Positions 28,872 through 38,818 of a stretch of 53,753 nucleotides of DNA are shown piece after piece (within the stretch, counting starts at the first letter, position 1; each line of letters opens with the position of its first letter). The stretch is from Polyangia bacterium. Its GTDB lineage: Bacteria > Myxococcota_A > Polyangia > JAAYKL01. The notes below the pieces were generated by a model. That model ran no database searches. It worked only from the letters and a program-made list of their open reading frames with translations, and had not been told where the DNA came from. The DNA lies in contig JBNKCR010000032.1 of the NCBI GenBank assembly GCA_050287845.1, positions 1 to 53,753 of the forward strand, in the 5' to 3' direction. A program made the position numbers and the translations under genes.

Positions 28872-30818
28872 ATGAGATCTTCCACGGCAATTGCGGAAAC
28901 GCTTGTTCAGAACGGTGTCATTTCGGTAGGGGCATATAAAAAGGCTGTCGAATATATGAATAATTTCGATTGCCATATCATTGATGCGCTCATCGACAGC
29001 AACACCATGGACGAAGAGGCGTTGATTAAGTGGCTGGCCCAGCAGCATCGGACCAAGTTCGTCACCACCCAGAAGCTCAAGATCGCCAAAATCGGTCAGA
29101 TTGTGTTGCAGAAGGTGCCGGTGGATGTGGCGATGAAATACAATGTGTTTCCCATTCTGTACGACCGCGGATCGGCCACCCTGTCGGTGGTCACCTCCGA
29201 TGCGGGGGATCTGTCGATGCTTGAAAATGTCCGCAAATTGGCGGGCGCGTCTCATATTCGCAGTTTTGTGGCGCGGCCGGCGGCCATTGATGCGGCGATC
29301 AACAAATTTTACAAGGGCGATATTCACGCATTCACAAGTATCGACAAGGAGTCTATCGCGGCATTTCAGAGCATGATGGACGTGTATGAGCGCAATCTGC
29401 TCGATGAAGGCACCATGGTTGCAGCAACCGCCGAAGCATCGGGGATGGGGCGCAAGGAACAGGTTCTCTCTGAAGACGATCTGGCGCGCGGGGATCGGGT
29501 ATCTCTCATGAAGGCCGGAGCGAAGGCTGGCGGATTTTCGATTGAAATCGTTAAGGTCATGGTATCGCTGCTGGAAAGCGCGCGGGAGAATCTGAGCGGT
29601 CATTCGATGCTCACTGCAACCAATGCCGAAAAAATGTGCCAGAAGATGGGACTGCCGGAATCCGAAACCTCGGCCATTACATTGGCCGCTTTACTGCACG
29701 ATATTGGAAAAAGCGGGCCGTATCACCTGACGGCATTCAATGTGGCCGAATGGCAGGGGCATCGCACCAATGCACAGAAAAAGTATGATACGCCGGTGCG
29801 GATATTTGAAACCGCCGAGTTGCCGAGGTCCACGGTCCAGTCCCTGCGGAGCATGTACGAGCGGGTGGATGGCATGGGATTGCCGGAAGGGCTGCGGAAA
29901 AACGAAATTCCCCTCGGCGCCCGGATAATTGCCATTTCAGATACATTTGCCGATCTCACATCGAACCCGAGGAATCCCTATCGCCGACAGCTGACTACTC
30001 CGGAGGCGATGCAGGTTATTCAGAAGGGTAAAGATGCCGTCTTCGATGGCAACCTGGTCGATCTGTTTTCATATGTGGTCTCCGGCGATGATCTTAAGCG
30101 CAAGTTGCTTACCGGCGCCCAGACGGTGCTGGTGGTGGATTCCGATGCGGAGCAGTGCGCCATACTGGAGATGCAGCTGACGACCAGGGGATTCAAGGCC
30201 ACCACCTGCCGGCGCGCGGATGACGCCATTCGGATATTGCTCAATGAACCGGTGAGTCTGGTTCTGTCTGAAGTGGAGTTGAAGCCGTTTGACGGGTTCG
30301 AAATGAAAAGCCGGATGAATGAGGACAAACGCACCGGGGAGATTCCGCTGTTTTATTTCACCTCCCGCGCAGAAGCCGGCGATGTGGATCGGGGGTTCAG
30401 TCTGGGAGCGGCGGACTACCTGGTGAAGCCGTCCAACATCGGCGTGGTGGCGACAAAAATCCAGAAGTATCTGTCAAAGGAAGCACCGCGGGCTGCGGCA
30501 GCGGGGGTATCCGGCTCCTTACGGGAGATGTCCATACCGGATTTGGTGCAGATACTCGCCCACGGTCAGAAGACCGGTCTGCTGAAACTGGGGTTTCCAG
30601 GTGGACAGCAGGGCGAAATTCATTTTGTCCACGGCGATATTTACAATGCCATGTACGGGAAGGCACGGGGGGAGGAGGCATTCTTTTCGATGCTGAAAAA
30701 CAGGGATGGCAATTTCTCCCTCGATCCCTCGTTTGAAGCGGATTCAAAGATGATTAATATGACCGCCGAAATGTTGCTTCTCGAGGGAATGCGGCGGATG
30801 GACGAAGAAAACCGCTGA
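28872..30818 (+). CDS. MshEN/GspE-N + degenerate HD-GYP + receiver + DUF4388 signalling protein
   Basis: VPVDVAMKYNVFP (T2SSE_N), LHDIGK..IPLGARII, VLVVD..GAADYLVKP (REC) and GSLREMSIPDLVQ..KTGLL (DUF4388). Confidence 0.85.
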   Translation: MRSSTAIAETLVQNGVISVGAYKKAVEYMNNFDCHIIDALIDSNTMDEEALIKWLAQQHRTKFVTTQKLKIAKIGQIVLQKVPVDVAMKYNVFPILYDRGSATLSVVTSDAGDLSMLENVRKLAGASHIRSFVARPAAIDAAINKFYKGDIHAFTSIDKESIAAFQSMMDVYERNLLDEGTMVAATAEASGMGRKEQVLSEDDLARGDRVSLMKAGAKAGGFSIEIVKVMVSLLESARENLSGHSMLTATNAEKMCQKMGLPESETSAITLAALLHDIGKSGPYHLTAFNVAEWQGHRTNAQKKYDTPVRIFETAELPRSTVQSLRSMYERVDGMGLPEGLRKNEIPLGARIIAISDTFADLTSNPRNPYRRQLTTPEAMQVIQKGKDAVFDGNLVDLFSYVVSGDDLKRKLLTGAQTVLVVDSDAEQCAILEMQLTTRGFKATTCRRADDAIRILLNEPVSLVLSEVELKPFDGFEMKSRMNEDKRTGEIPLFYFTSRAEAGDVDRGFSLGAADYLVKPSNIGVVATKIQKYLSKEAPRAAAAGVSGSLREMSIPDLVQILAHGQKTGLLKLGFPGGQQGEIHFVHGDIYNAMYGKARGEEAFFSMLKNRDGNFSLDPSFEADSKMINMTAEMLLLEGMRRMDEENR

Positions 30819-30970
30819 CGTTCAGGGTCTGGAACGCGTTCTGAGCGCATCTTTCCAAAGAAATTGTAACAATATGTCGTCATGTCCGCGGGCATCCAGC
30901 AACAGTACCGATGACTTCTCGACGAGGCGCTGTTGTGTGATGTTCGATAACCATGGGTAAGAAACCCAAT

Positions 30971-31029
30971 CCGTCATCCCCGGGGAACCAGAAGAACAAA
31001 CTGGATTTTCTCCTTCGAGGGGACGACGG
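30971..31029 (-). repeat. Degenerate REP-like palindrome (CGTCRTYCCCGCGAAG..ATCCAG type)
   Basis: The minus strand reads CCGTCGTCCCCTCGAAGGAGAAAATCCAG-N9-CTGGTTCCCCGGGGATGACGG. It forms nested stems and resembles a widespread proteobacterial palindromic repeat. Confidence 0.6.
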
Positions 31030-31069
31030 TGTTTCGACACGGGTGCGACTCTGAATATCGAGTCCATTG

Positions 31070-31362
31070 GTCTCGGATTAGAAAGCTTTGGGCGAGTATA
31101 ACGAAGGTGATTTGGGTTTTGAGTGGAAATGCTTCTTGTGCTGGAAAGTGTAAAAAAGACGCAATCAAACCGTCTTTACATTATGCCGACCAGATTTTAC
31201 ACTGGTGCAGAATAAAAGCGAGACGTATATCTCTCTTACAAGCTGACTTATCACCGGTCTTCTGTGACAGGAAGGCTTACAGGGGCTTGAGCCGTATGAC
31301 AGGAAACTGTCTTGTACGGTTCTCAGGGGCGACGGGGGGCGTCCCCCCCTGATTTTCCCGGA
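31070..31362 (+). mobile_element. Group II intron remnant 1 (3' end, domains V-VI)
   Basis: 34-nt D5 GAGCCGTATGACAGGAAACTGTCTTGTACGGTTC at 31289-31322, followed by a D6 hairpin. Upstream RKLW and KCFLC peptides in shifted frames may be decayed intron-encoded protein. The 5' boundary is uncertain. Confidence 0.85.
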
Positions 31363-31383
31363 GCGTCATGAAAGGATATAACC

Positions 31384-32013
31384 TTGTGTGAAGAAAGTAA
31401 ATTGTCTGGAACATCGCTTGCGATTACGGTCTATCAGGAACTGAGAAAAGAGATTGTTGAAACTCAAAAAATACGTTCTCAGACCATTGGTTTCAAAATT
31501 ACATTTGTGAGTGGTGCTATCGGATTAATATTGGCAAACACAGAGACTGTTCCAATCGTATTATTGACAATACCCGCCTTCGCATCAATATTCTTTGATT
31601 TTCTGATAAACGGATACAGTGTCTCAATTGCACGTATCGGTGGGTATTGTAAGGAAATAATCGAACCTCATCTGAAAAACAATTCGACATGGCCCACTGA
31701 CAAGCCGTTGTGGGAGCAATTTATGTTTAAGCCAAACAAACGAACATTGTTGTCTGTTATTGGAAACGTCGGTTTAACTTTTTTAGCAGTAGTTACAGGG
31801 ATCATCAGCATTAGTCTTACTTGTTTCACATTGGAATATCCAACATGGTTGCAGATTGTATTGTCCGTTTCGATCAGTATTATTTTAATTGTTTTATTAT
31901 ACTTCGATTTTGTTGCGCACATGAGCCCTATCAAGCTTGTCGCGACAAAATTGTTCGGCGGACCAAGTGCTGCAGAATCCATGGTAGCCGCAGAACAAGG
32001 AAAGCTCGAATAG
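31384..32013 (+). CDS. AT-rich hypothetical multi-pass membrane protein
   Basis: 209-aa ORF with TTG start 7 nt after AAAGGA. About four hydrophobic segments. Visibly lower GC than the flanks. Confidence 0.8.
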   Translation: MCEESKLSGTSLAITVYQELRKEIVETQKIRSQTIGFKITFVSGAIGLILANTETVPIVLLTIPAFASIFFDFLINGYSVSIARIGGYCKEIIEPHLKNNSTWPTDKPLWEQFMFKPNKRTLLSVIGNVGLTFLAVVTGIISISLTCFTLEYPTWLQIVLSVSISIILIVLLYFDFVAHMSPIKLVATKLFGGPSAAESMVAAEQGKLE

Positions 32014-32039
32014 GGAGTGATGCTCCTTGAAATCGGTTT

Positions 32040-32323
32040 TGTACCCCAGTGGGTGAGCTGAGACGTGATTCCTACCGGAACAGGGATTGGTCATCGGGTC
32101 CATCGCTGAACTGAGAGGCGATCTTTAAAAAAGATGTCTGAAGCAGAAAGGTATAAAGAATGCTTCATTATGCGCAGGAAAAGCAGTAACAAAACCATTT
32201 CCTGCCAGTATAAACCACCGGTCTTCGGTGAAACAAGGCTTGAAGGGGCTTGCGCCGTATGAGGGAAACTATCTTGTACGGTGCTCAGGGGGTGACGGGG
32301 GCGAAAGCCCCCTGATCTACGGA
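32040..32323 (+). mobile_element. Group II intron remnant 2 (ORF-less, internally deleted; D5-D6 present)
   Basis: D5 GCGCCGTATGAGGGAAACTATCTTGTACGGTGC at 32252-32284 and D6 with GGGGGC-GAAA-GCCCCC. 32216-32323 aligns with 31252-31362. 32040-32160 resembles an intron domain I start (from memory, unverified). Confidence 0.82.
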
Positions 32324-32473
32324 TGGCGACACCGGGAAATCCGTTCTACTTGAAAATCCTGTAGTTGATTCGATATGGATTGCTCAATTGAGATATCACT
32401 ACTGATCTGCGATAACAACTGCACGAGGACGCTATGTTTTTCGGGATCAGGTGGATGACGCGAAGTGCTGTTT

Positions 32474-32938
32474 TCAGGTGCGGTATTTCTGTTGCATTCC
32501 ATGGAGGAATTTTCGCAGAATCTGATCTTTGCACTCCCGATAGTGCTTGTGGGCCGGGTTTCTGAAAAAAGCGCTCAGTTCGTGTTTGCTGATGGTCAGT
32601 CCACTTTGCTTCAGCATTTCAAGCACTTCTTCGGCCTGTAAGTTGAGAGCGATTTTCAGTTTTCTGAAAATGATGTTGTTGGTGAGCTGCTGTTCGATTT
32701 CGGGTTGCGCGCCTTCTTTTTTTCCGCGACGTTTGCAGATGAACCCGTTTAAAAAAATGGACAGTATCGCGTCTTTGCAGGGCTCAAATTCCGGGTCGTC
32801 GTCCTTTTTCAGCCAGTTGCACAGGATGCCTCTGCTTACCGAATAATCGGACAGTTCAAAGACGCGCAACATGTCGGCGTCGCTGTAATTGAATGTGTAG
32901 CGGACGCGCCGCAGAATATCGTTGTTTGTAATTGCCAT
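32474..32938 (-). CDS. DUF1456 (YehS-like) family protein
   Basis: TNNDILRRVRY..FLNGFI..RG and the duplicated TNNIIFRKLKIAL..SKHELSAFFR..YRECKDQILRKFL motif. Confidence 0.88.
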   Translation of the reverse strand: MAITNNDILRRVRYTFNYSDADMLRVFELSDYSVSRGILCNWLKKDDDPEFEPCKDAILSIFLNGFICKRRGKKEGAQPEIEQQLTNNIIFRKLKIALNLQAEEVLEMLKQSGLTISKHELSAFFRNPAHKHYRECKDQILRKFLHGMQQKYRT

Positions 32939-33119
32939 TCATCACCTTCGTGCAGTTGGAACGTTGTTTCCTGTTTTGTTCTCCCCGGGCATTGGTACAG
33001 ATTCCATAATCAATGCGGTTGCAAATTACAATTGAATCCTCTCTCTGGTCCTGCGTTCCGCGACTGAAATATATTCAGATGTGCAAGAAGGTCATGGTCG
33101 TGAGGTCGCGAAGCGGGTA

Positions 33120-35072
33120 TCAGGGGGCAACCACGAGATCAAGGGCGGGAACATCGGCAATGACCGCATCGACCGCAGCCGTCTGCAGCCAGAGGGCGCC
33201 ACCGGAAAGACCGGCAAAGGGGGTGAAATATCCGGTCGTCGTGTCAACCTGCTGACCGTTATTATCATACAGATACACTGTCATCTCCTCGCCGGAAGGG
33301 GGCGCGGTCATTTTCATCTCGATGCCCCATTTTCCAGTGCCATCCGACCGGACCAGAATCTGTTTCCACATGGTCGCCGATACATCGCCGGGCAGCGGCA
33401 GTGCACCGATTCCCGCAGCACCGAACATCTGATTGACCGATGTCACCATTTGAAACAGTCCGCTGTATGTATACGCGCTGGTCCATTGAGGATAATCATA
33501 TCCCATGAAATCGAAAAACTCGTCGGTGCTGATCAGCACATTCTGGGAAATGCTGTATCCCATCACATCGAGCTTTCCGTTCGGTACCGGATAGTTGGGA
33601 TCCGCATAATCTGCTCCGCCGGAAGGGGAATGTCCGCGTCCGTGGGCATGTCCCAGTTCGTGAGCCACGGTATAGGCGGTACTGGAATCGTCATAGCCGA
33701 TGGAAAGACTGGCCCGGGACCAACTGTCGTTGACCGAGGCGGTCTGCCAGCTCAGTCCAGTCACACATCCCATGTTGCAATAGGAATTGGCCGAGTCATT
33801 GAAATCGAAATACTTTTCTTTCGGGTTGAACAACCCCATGTAGTAAATATTTCCCCCAACCCTGTCGGAATCCCGGCGCATAGTGACCGCATTGAGCAGA
33901 TCTTCCCAGCCGGCTCCATCGGCTTGCACAATCGAATTCCAGTCCAGCGGTGTCGAGGAAACCACCATATTCACTTCATCAATGGGATAAAACGCCATAA
34001 TAGCCGCCTTGAGATTCACAATGGCGGTGTCGCTGGTCGCGGGCATTCGACCGGAGCCGTCGGCCGAGTACCGAACGGGCACGACCACCACCTGTACGGG
34101 GCCGCCGGTTTCCTGAGCCGATAGCTGGGCGTTGCCGCTTTCCGGCCACCTTGTCTTTCCGGCCGGACCTACCGCTGTATCGCCAACCACCAGCTCCACA
34201 ACGTAGCTCATTCCCACCGTTATGGCCGCAGGGTCGATGACCACATTCAGCGTACTCTCAATATCCATTTCCGTTGAACTGGACCGAATCTGGCCACTTG
34301 CCCGAAACTCATCATTTGATCCATCCGCATGAGTGATTGTCACCCGGGCGGTCACGTTCCGGTTGGACCAGCCGGTTTCTGTATTCAGATATATCCGCAT
34401 CATGGCCGTCCGGCCCGCCACGATGGGGGTGCTCGAAACGGCATCCTGGCGGCCACGCACCAGAGGTACCTGCACCGACTGAAACAGATCAATATCCTGG
34501 ATGGAAATAACCTGCCACTCCGCGGCGGTCACATCGGTATCACCATCGGTATCCGTGTCGGTGTCGGTATCCGAATCGGTATCTGTATCTGTGTCCGTGT
34601 CTGTATCGCTGTCGCTGTCGGCGTCGGTATCCGGAATAGTTGCCTCGTCACAGCAGCGCAACCCATCGTCGCAGTTCCCCACCATCATGGTGCCGCCCCA
34701 GGAAACACAGTGAGACAGACATTCATACTGACAGTCGGCATCGGAATCACTGTCGGTGTCTGAGTCGGTATCCGTATCCGTATCGCTGTCGCTGTCGCTA
34801 TCGCTGTCGCTATCGCTGTCACTGTCGCTATCACTGTCACTGTCCGAGTCGCTGTCACTGTCCGAGTCGCTGTCGCTATCCGAGTCGCTATCGCTATCCG
34901 AGTCGCTGTCGCTATCCGAGTCGCTGTCACTGTCGGTTACCGTCACGTCTTCCGTGCTGTCCGTTGTATCTCCGTCACCACGATTTTCGTCATCCGAACA
35001 GGCGACTGCACCGAAAAGGAAAACACAGATGGCAATACTGGGTAGGAGATGACTTTCGAAATCTTTTCTCAT
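33120..35072 (-). CDS. Lipoprotein zinc metallopeptidase (M66-like) with DS/DT linkers
   Basis: Lipobox [16 protein letters not shown] zinc motif, Met-turn DFMGY, and [13 protein letters not shown]. Confidence 0.82.
   Translation of the reverse strand: MRKDFESHLLPSIAICVFLFGAVACSDDENRGDGDTTDSTEDVTVTDSDSDSDSDSDSDSDSDSDSDSDSDSDSDSDSDSDSDSDSDSDSDSDSDSDTDTDTDSDTDSDSDADCQYECLSHCVSWGGTMMVGNCDDGLRCCDEATIPDTDADSDSDTDTDTDTDTDSDTDTDTDTDGDTDVTAAEWQVISIQDIDLFQSVQVPLVRGRQDAVSSTPIVAGRTAMMRIYLNTETGWSNRNVTARVTITHADGSNDEFRASGQIRSSSTEMDIESTLNVVIDPAAITVGMSYVVELVVGDTAVGPAGKTRWPESGNAQLSAQETGGPVQVVVVPVRYSADGSGRMPATSDTAIVNLKAAIMAFYPIDEVNMVVSSTPLDWNSIVQADGAGWEDLLNAVTMRRDSDRVGGNIYYMGLFNPKEKYFDFNDSANSYCNMGCVTGLSWQTASVNDSWSRASLSIGYDDSSTAYTVAHELGHAHGRGHSPSGGADYADPNYPVPNGKLDVMGYSISQNVLISTDEFFDFMGYDYPQWTSAYTYSGLFQMVTSVNQMFGAAGIGALPLPGDVSATMWKQILVRSDGTGKWGIEMKMTAPPSGEEMTVYLYDNNGQQVDTTTGYFTPFAGLSGGALWLQTAAVDAVIADVPALDLVVAP
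34740..34935 (-). repeat. Coding (Asp-Ser)n/(Asp-Thr)n microsatellite
   Basis: Direct reading (TCGCTG/TCGCTA/TCACTG/TCCGAG units on +). A second shorter DT tract lies at about 34535-34632. Confidence 0.95.
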
Positions 35073-35481
35073 GAGTTGCAGGCCCTTTGTCTGGTTATGG
35101 GTGTTGATACACGCATAACGATTTACATTTTGTCATTTTTTGACAGCTTGGGGTTGCTAAGCGAAAAGAGTATGGTGCTTTAAAATTCAGTTGCACTGAC
35201 CTTCCGTGACCAGCCAGATATTCTAAAAGAATAACAAAAAAATGATCGATACTAAGTGCCTTTTTTACATATTTGTTCAATATGCTATATAAATATTGAA
35301 TCATTTGAACCTCAATGGAAATTTGGGTTTGTTGCCCCCAACAAATTCCCCGTGATTCACGTAAATGACGACATTGGTCTGCTATCCGGCTCAAAAAAAA
35401 TGCTCCGGTGTTCGGACCATCGCCCGACAGCGAATTTTGTCCAATAATTGTGACCCGATTTACATGCAGCGAACGGTTGAA

Positions 35482-36066
35482 CACCTCAACACGTTTGATC
35501 ATACCGGGGATTCCGCCTTTGATGTGAAGGTCGGGCCTGCAACATCACCGTTTCGATCAACAAATTAATCGACGTTAAACGGGCCGTCTTCCATGGATCC
35601 AGTGACAGCCGGGAAATCAACGCTCAGATTCGCACCACCGTTCACAACAACGCATTCATTACCCGGGACGCGAACCACGGGCCGGACGAATACGGCAATA
35701 CCGCCCGGCGCGTTCCCCTGATTCGTCGTGGGATGTCCCGTATGTTCAATAATGTATTCTATAATTATCGCAAAGAAATCATGAGTGTCCGGGTGGGGGC
35801 CACGGTGGAAGTGGAAAACAGCCATCAATGCATCGCAACCCTCGGATTTAAGCGCATCATACGGTTCGTCGCCTTCCGACCTTTCCGGTGATTATTCCGC
35901 CGAATCAACCGCCACCATTGACGCCAATCTGTTTAATGCCGGCCAGGATCTGGTTGACTACGTCCTGGCTACCTGCGGCAAGGAGGGCGTCACCCCGTAC
36001 GTGTCAACCTACGCCGAGGGACGCGACGCCATCCTGAACATATCGTCCCCCAGCTGCCAGGAATAA
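35482..36066 (+). pseudogene. Polysaccharide lyase family 1 (pectate lyase) fragment, 5'-truncated and frameshifted
   Basis: Manual translation gives HLNTFDHTGDSAFDVKVG / shift / NITVSINKLIDVKRAVFHGSSD..TTVHNNAF..RRVPLIRRG..MFNNVFYN / shift / ..AGQDLVDYVLATCGK..CQE*. RxPxxRxG is the PL1 motif. Confidence 0.8.
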
Positions 36067-36142
36067 TTTCGTTCGCTTCATCATTTCTCTTTGCGTTCCT
36101 CCCCAACGCAGGTAGTACCGGTTGGAACCGTGGGGTCACCGA

Positions 36143-37990
36143 ATGAATCCTGAACTGCTGGCGCCTGCCAGAAATCTCGAAGTCGGAAAAGCCGCCGTCA
36201 ATTGTGGTGCGGATGCGGTGTACATCGGCGCACCCCGATTCAGCGCCCGCAGGGAAGCCGCAAACCCGGTGGCGGATATTGCCCGGCTGATTGCCCATGC
36301 CCACCGTTATATGGCCCGGGTGTATGTGGCGGTGAATACCATTTTCAGAACCGACAAGGAGGTGGAAGAAGCGTCCCGGCTGCTCTTCACCCTCCACGAC
36401 GCCGGCGTGGATGGCGCCATTATTCAGGACATGGGGCTGGTGGAAGCCGGTATTCCCGAAATGCCCATCATCGCCAGTACCCAGACCCACAATGCCGATT
36501 TAAAACGGATTCAGTTTCTTGAAAGCGTTGGATTCAACCGGGTCATTCTGGCCCGGGAGCTGGGTATCGACCAGATTGCCCACATCCGGAAACACACCCA
36601 TCAAATTGAACTGGAAGCATTTGTCCACGGCGCCCTGTGTATGTCATACAGCGGACGTTGCTACCTGAGTGACGCCATTGGCGGCCGGAGCGCCAACCGG
36701 GGAGAGTGCGCCCAGCCGTGTCGAAAAAAATATCAGCTGGAAACTGCAGCGGGGAAAATCGTTACCGGGGGCCATCTGCTTTCGATGAAAGATCTTTGCC
36801 GCATTGATATGCTGGAGCAGCTGCTGGATGCAGGGGTTTCGTCGTTTAAAATTGAAGGCCGGCTCAAGGGACTCTCCTATGTGACCAATGTGGTCAGCGC
36901 ATATCGGGCGGCCATGGACCGCATGCTGAATCGCCGGGAAAACCGGCCTGCAGGGGATGTGTATCTCCATGGCATCGCCCCGGATGTGCACCGAACCTTT
37001 CATCGGGGCTATGTGGCGGGATTTGCCACCGGCGACACCGAAAAAATGGCCTGCTTTGATACCCCCAAGATGATGGGAGAACCCATTGGGCAGGTACTGT
37101 CGCTGCGCAATCATCTGGTTCGGATAAAACCGCTGCCCGGCGTGGAATTGCATGGCGGGGATGGCATCTGCTTTATGACCGGCGATGGCCTCTTTGGCAC
37201 CCGGTTGCAGAAAGTCACTGAAAAAGGACTGGTGTTGCAGCGCGTCGACCACCTCTCTATTGGCGCCACCCTGTATCGCAACCGGGATCACCGGTTTATC
37301 GAACGGCTCGAAAAAAATACCACCTGTCGAAAGGTGCCGGTGCGGATGACCATTGAGGCATCTCACGCCGCCGTGGTTCTCAGATGCGAGGATGCCACCG
37401 GCATTGCGGTCACCACTTATGTGAGCGACGACATTACTGAAGCCGGCAATCCGCAACGGATGGCGGACCTGTGGCAACGGCAGCTGCAGAAATCCGGAGA
37501 TACGGAATTCCAGGTGACCCACGTTTCCCTGTGTGGACCGTTTGTTCCCTTCATGGCCATCTCCGCCCTCAATGAACTGCGACGGACAGTGCTGACCCAA
37601 CTGGGAGAAGCCCGTGCGCAACATATGATTGCGGTGCGTGGGGCGTCGGCCATGACCGTCACACCGGGGTCTCTGAATGAACAGGTGGATGGGGGTGAAA
37701 ATGTAACCAACAGTTATGCCAGACGTTTTTTTGAACGTTGTGGCGCAACCGGAATTGAACCGGGTCTGGAATCCCGGCGGGCCTATGACGGCAGACCGGT
37801 CATGACATCGAAATACTGCCTGCGCAGAGAACTGGGGATATGCCTGAAGCGCATCTCCCCCACCGGAGATGGGGCGACTCTTTTTTTAAGAGATATCGAT
37901 TTTCCTGCGCGCCGACTGCCACTGAAATTTGATTGTCAGGCGTGCGAAATGAGTGTGATTTATGAAAGTACAACACCGAGTAACGATTGA
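36143..37990 (+). CDS. U32 family protein, RlhA-like (23S rRNA C2501 hydroxylation) with DUF3656
   Basis: ELLAPA, GADAVYIG, ASTQ, EAFVHGALCMSYSGRC, NRGECAQPCR and FKIEGRLK motifs. Long C-terminus ending in a Cys cluster. Confidence 0.88.
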   Translation: MNPELLAPARNLEVGKAAVNCGADAVYIGAPRFSARREAANPVADIARLIAHAHRYMARVYVAVNTIFRTDKEVEEASRLLFTLHDAGVDGAIIQDMGLVEAGIPEMPIIASTQTHNADLKRIQFLESVGFNRVILARELGIDQIAHIRKHTHQIELEAFVHGALCMSYSGRCYLSDAIGGRSANRGECAQPCRKKYQLETAAGKIVTGGHLLSMKDLCRIDMLEQLLDAGVSSFKIEGRLKGLSYVTNVVSAYRAAMDRMLNRRENRPAGDVYLHGIAPDVHRTFHRGYVAGFATGDTEKMACFDTPKMMGEPIGQVLSLRNHLVRIKPLPGVELHGGDGICFMTGDGLFGTRLQKVTEKGLVLQRVDHLSIGATLYRNRDHRFIERLEKNTTCRKVPVRMTIEASHAAVVLRCEDATGIAVTTYVSDDITEAGNPQRMADLWQRQLQKSGDTEFQVTHVSLCGPFVPFMAISALNELRRTVLTQLGEARAQHMIAVRGASAMTVTPGSLNEQVDGGENVTNSYARRFFERCGATGIEPGLESRRAYDGRPVMTSKYCLRRELGICLKRISPTGDGATLFLRDIDFPARRLPLKFDCQACEMSVIYESTTPSND

Positions 37991-38807
37991 TGACAGTACG
38001 GCGGCGCCGCTGGTGGACTACCTGGCCAGCCAGACTGAGCTGTCGAAAATCAAAATTAAAAAAGCCATCACTGCCGGCGGATGCTGGATTGCCAGGCCCC
38101 ATCTGAAAAAAGGGAAACTGCTGCGATCCCGCAAAATCAAGTATGTGCTGAAAGCGGGAGATCGGCTGGAGTTCTATTTCGACGACAATGCCCTCTCCTA
38201 CGAAGGCCCATTGCCGGAACCCCTGTTTCAGAAAAAGGACTACGGCCTGTGGTACAAACCGGTGAACGTGCTCTCCGGCGCCAGCCGATACGGCGAAATC
38301 TGCGCCATCGATTATCTGGTGCGTCAAATCACCGGCAAGGAAATGGTCCATGTGGTGAACCGTCTGGACCGGGAAGCCTCCGGCATTGTGGTGCTGGGAT
38401 ATTCGCGAAGAGGAGCCGCCCGGCTCAGCGAACTCTGGCAGGGAAATGACGTTGAAAAAGTGTATCAGCTCGAAGTGCTCGGTGAATTGACGTTGCCAAA
38501 GGGAGTGATTGATACACCCGTTGGGGGTAAAATGGCCCAGACCGAATACGAAGTCGTCGAGCAGCGCATCGACGAAACCCAACGGCATACTACCCGGGTT
38601 ACCGCCAGAATCCGCACCGGTCGCTTTCATCAGATACGGCAACATTTTGCCGAGATGAACCATCCGGTGCTGGGAGACCCGAAATACGGCGAGGGTAACG
38701 GCCATCCCGGCGGCCTGCAACTGGTCTCCACCGAAGTGCACTTTGTTTGCCCCTTCAGCAAAAAACAAATCGACATGGTCCTGCCAAAGGAACTGCGCCT
38801 CTGGTAA
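37962..38807 (+). CDS. RluA-family pseudouridine synthase
   Basis: YKP, NRLDREASG (catalytic Asp), TGRFHQIR and HPVLGDPKYG motifs. Confidence 0.9.
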   Translation: MKVQHRVTIDDSTAAPLVDYLASQTELSKIKIKKAITAGGCWIARPHLKKGKLLRSRKIKYVLKAGDRLEFYFDDNALSYEGPLPEPLFQKKDYGLWYKPVNVLSGASRYGEICAIDYLVRQITGKEMVHVVNRLDREASGIVVLGYSRRGAARLSELWQGNDVEKVYQLEVLGELTLPKGVIDTPVGGKMAQTEYEVVEQRIDETQRHTTRVTARIRTGRFHQIRQHFAEMNHPVLGDPKYGEGNGHPGGLQLVSTEVHFVCPFSKKQIDMVLPKELRLW

Positions 38808-38818
38808 CCCTGGATTAC

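Noticed and set aside
31019..31050. tmRNA-like GGGG..TTTCGAC..GGGTGCGACTC
   Set aside because: No tag ORF or CCA acceptor end. The G-run is explained as the arm of the palindrome at 30971-31029.
31029..31352. 107-aa ORF as a real gene
   Set aside because: It runs through intron D5/D6 and is better explained as decayed intron sequence.
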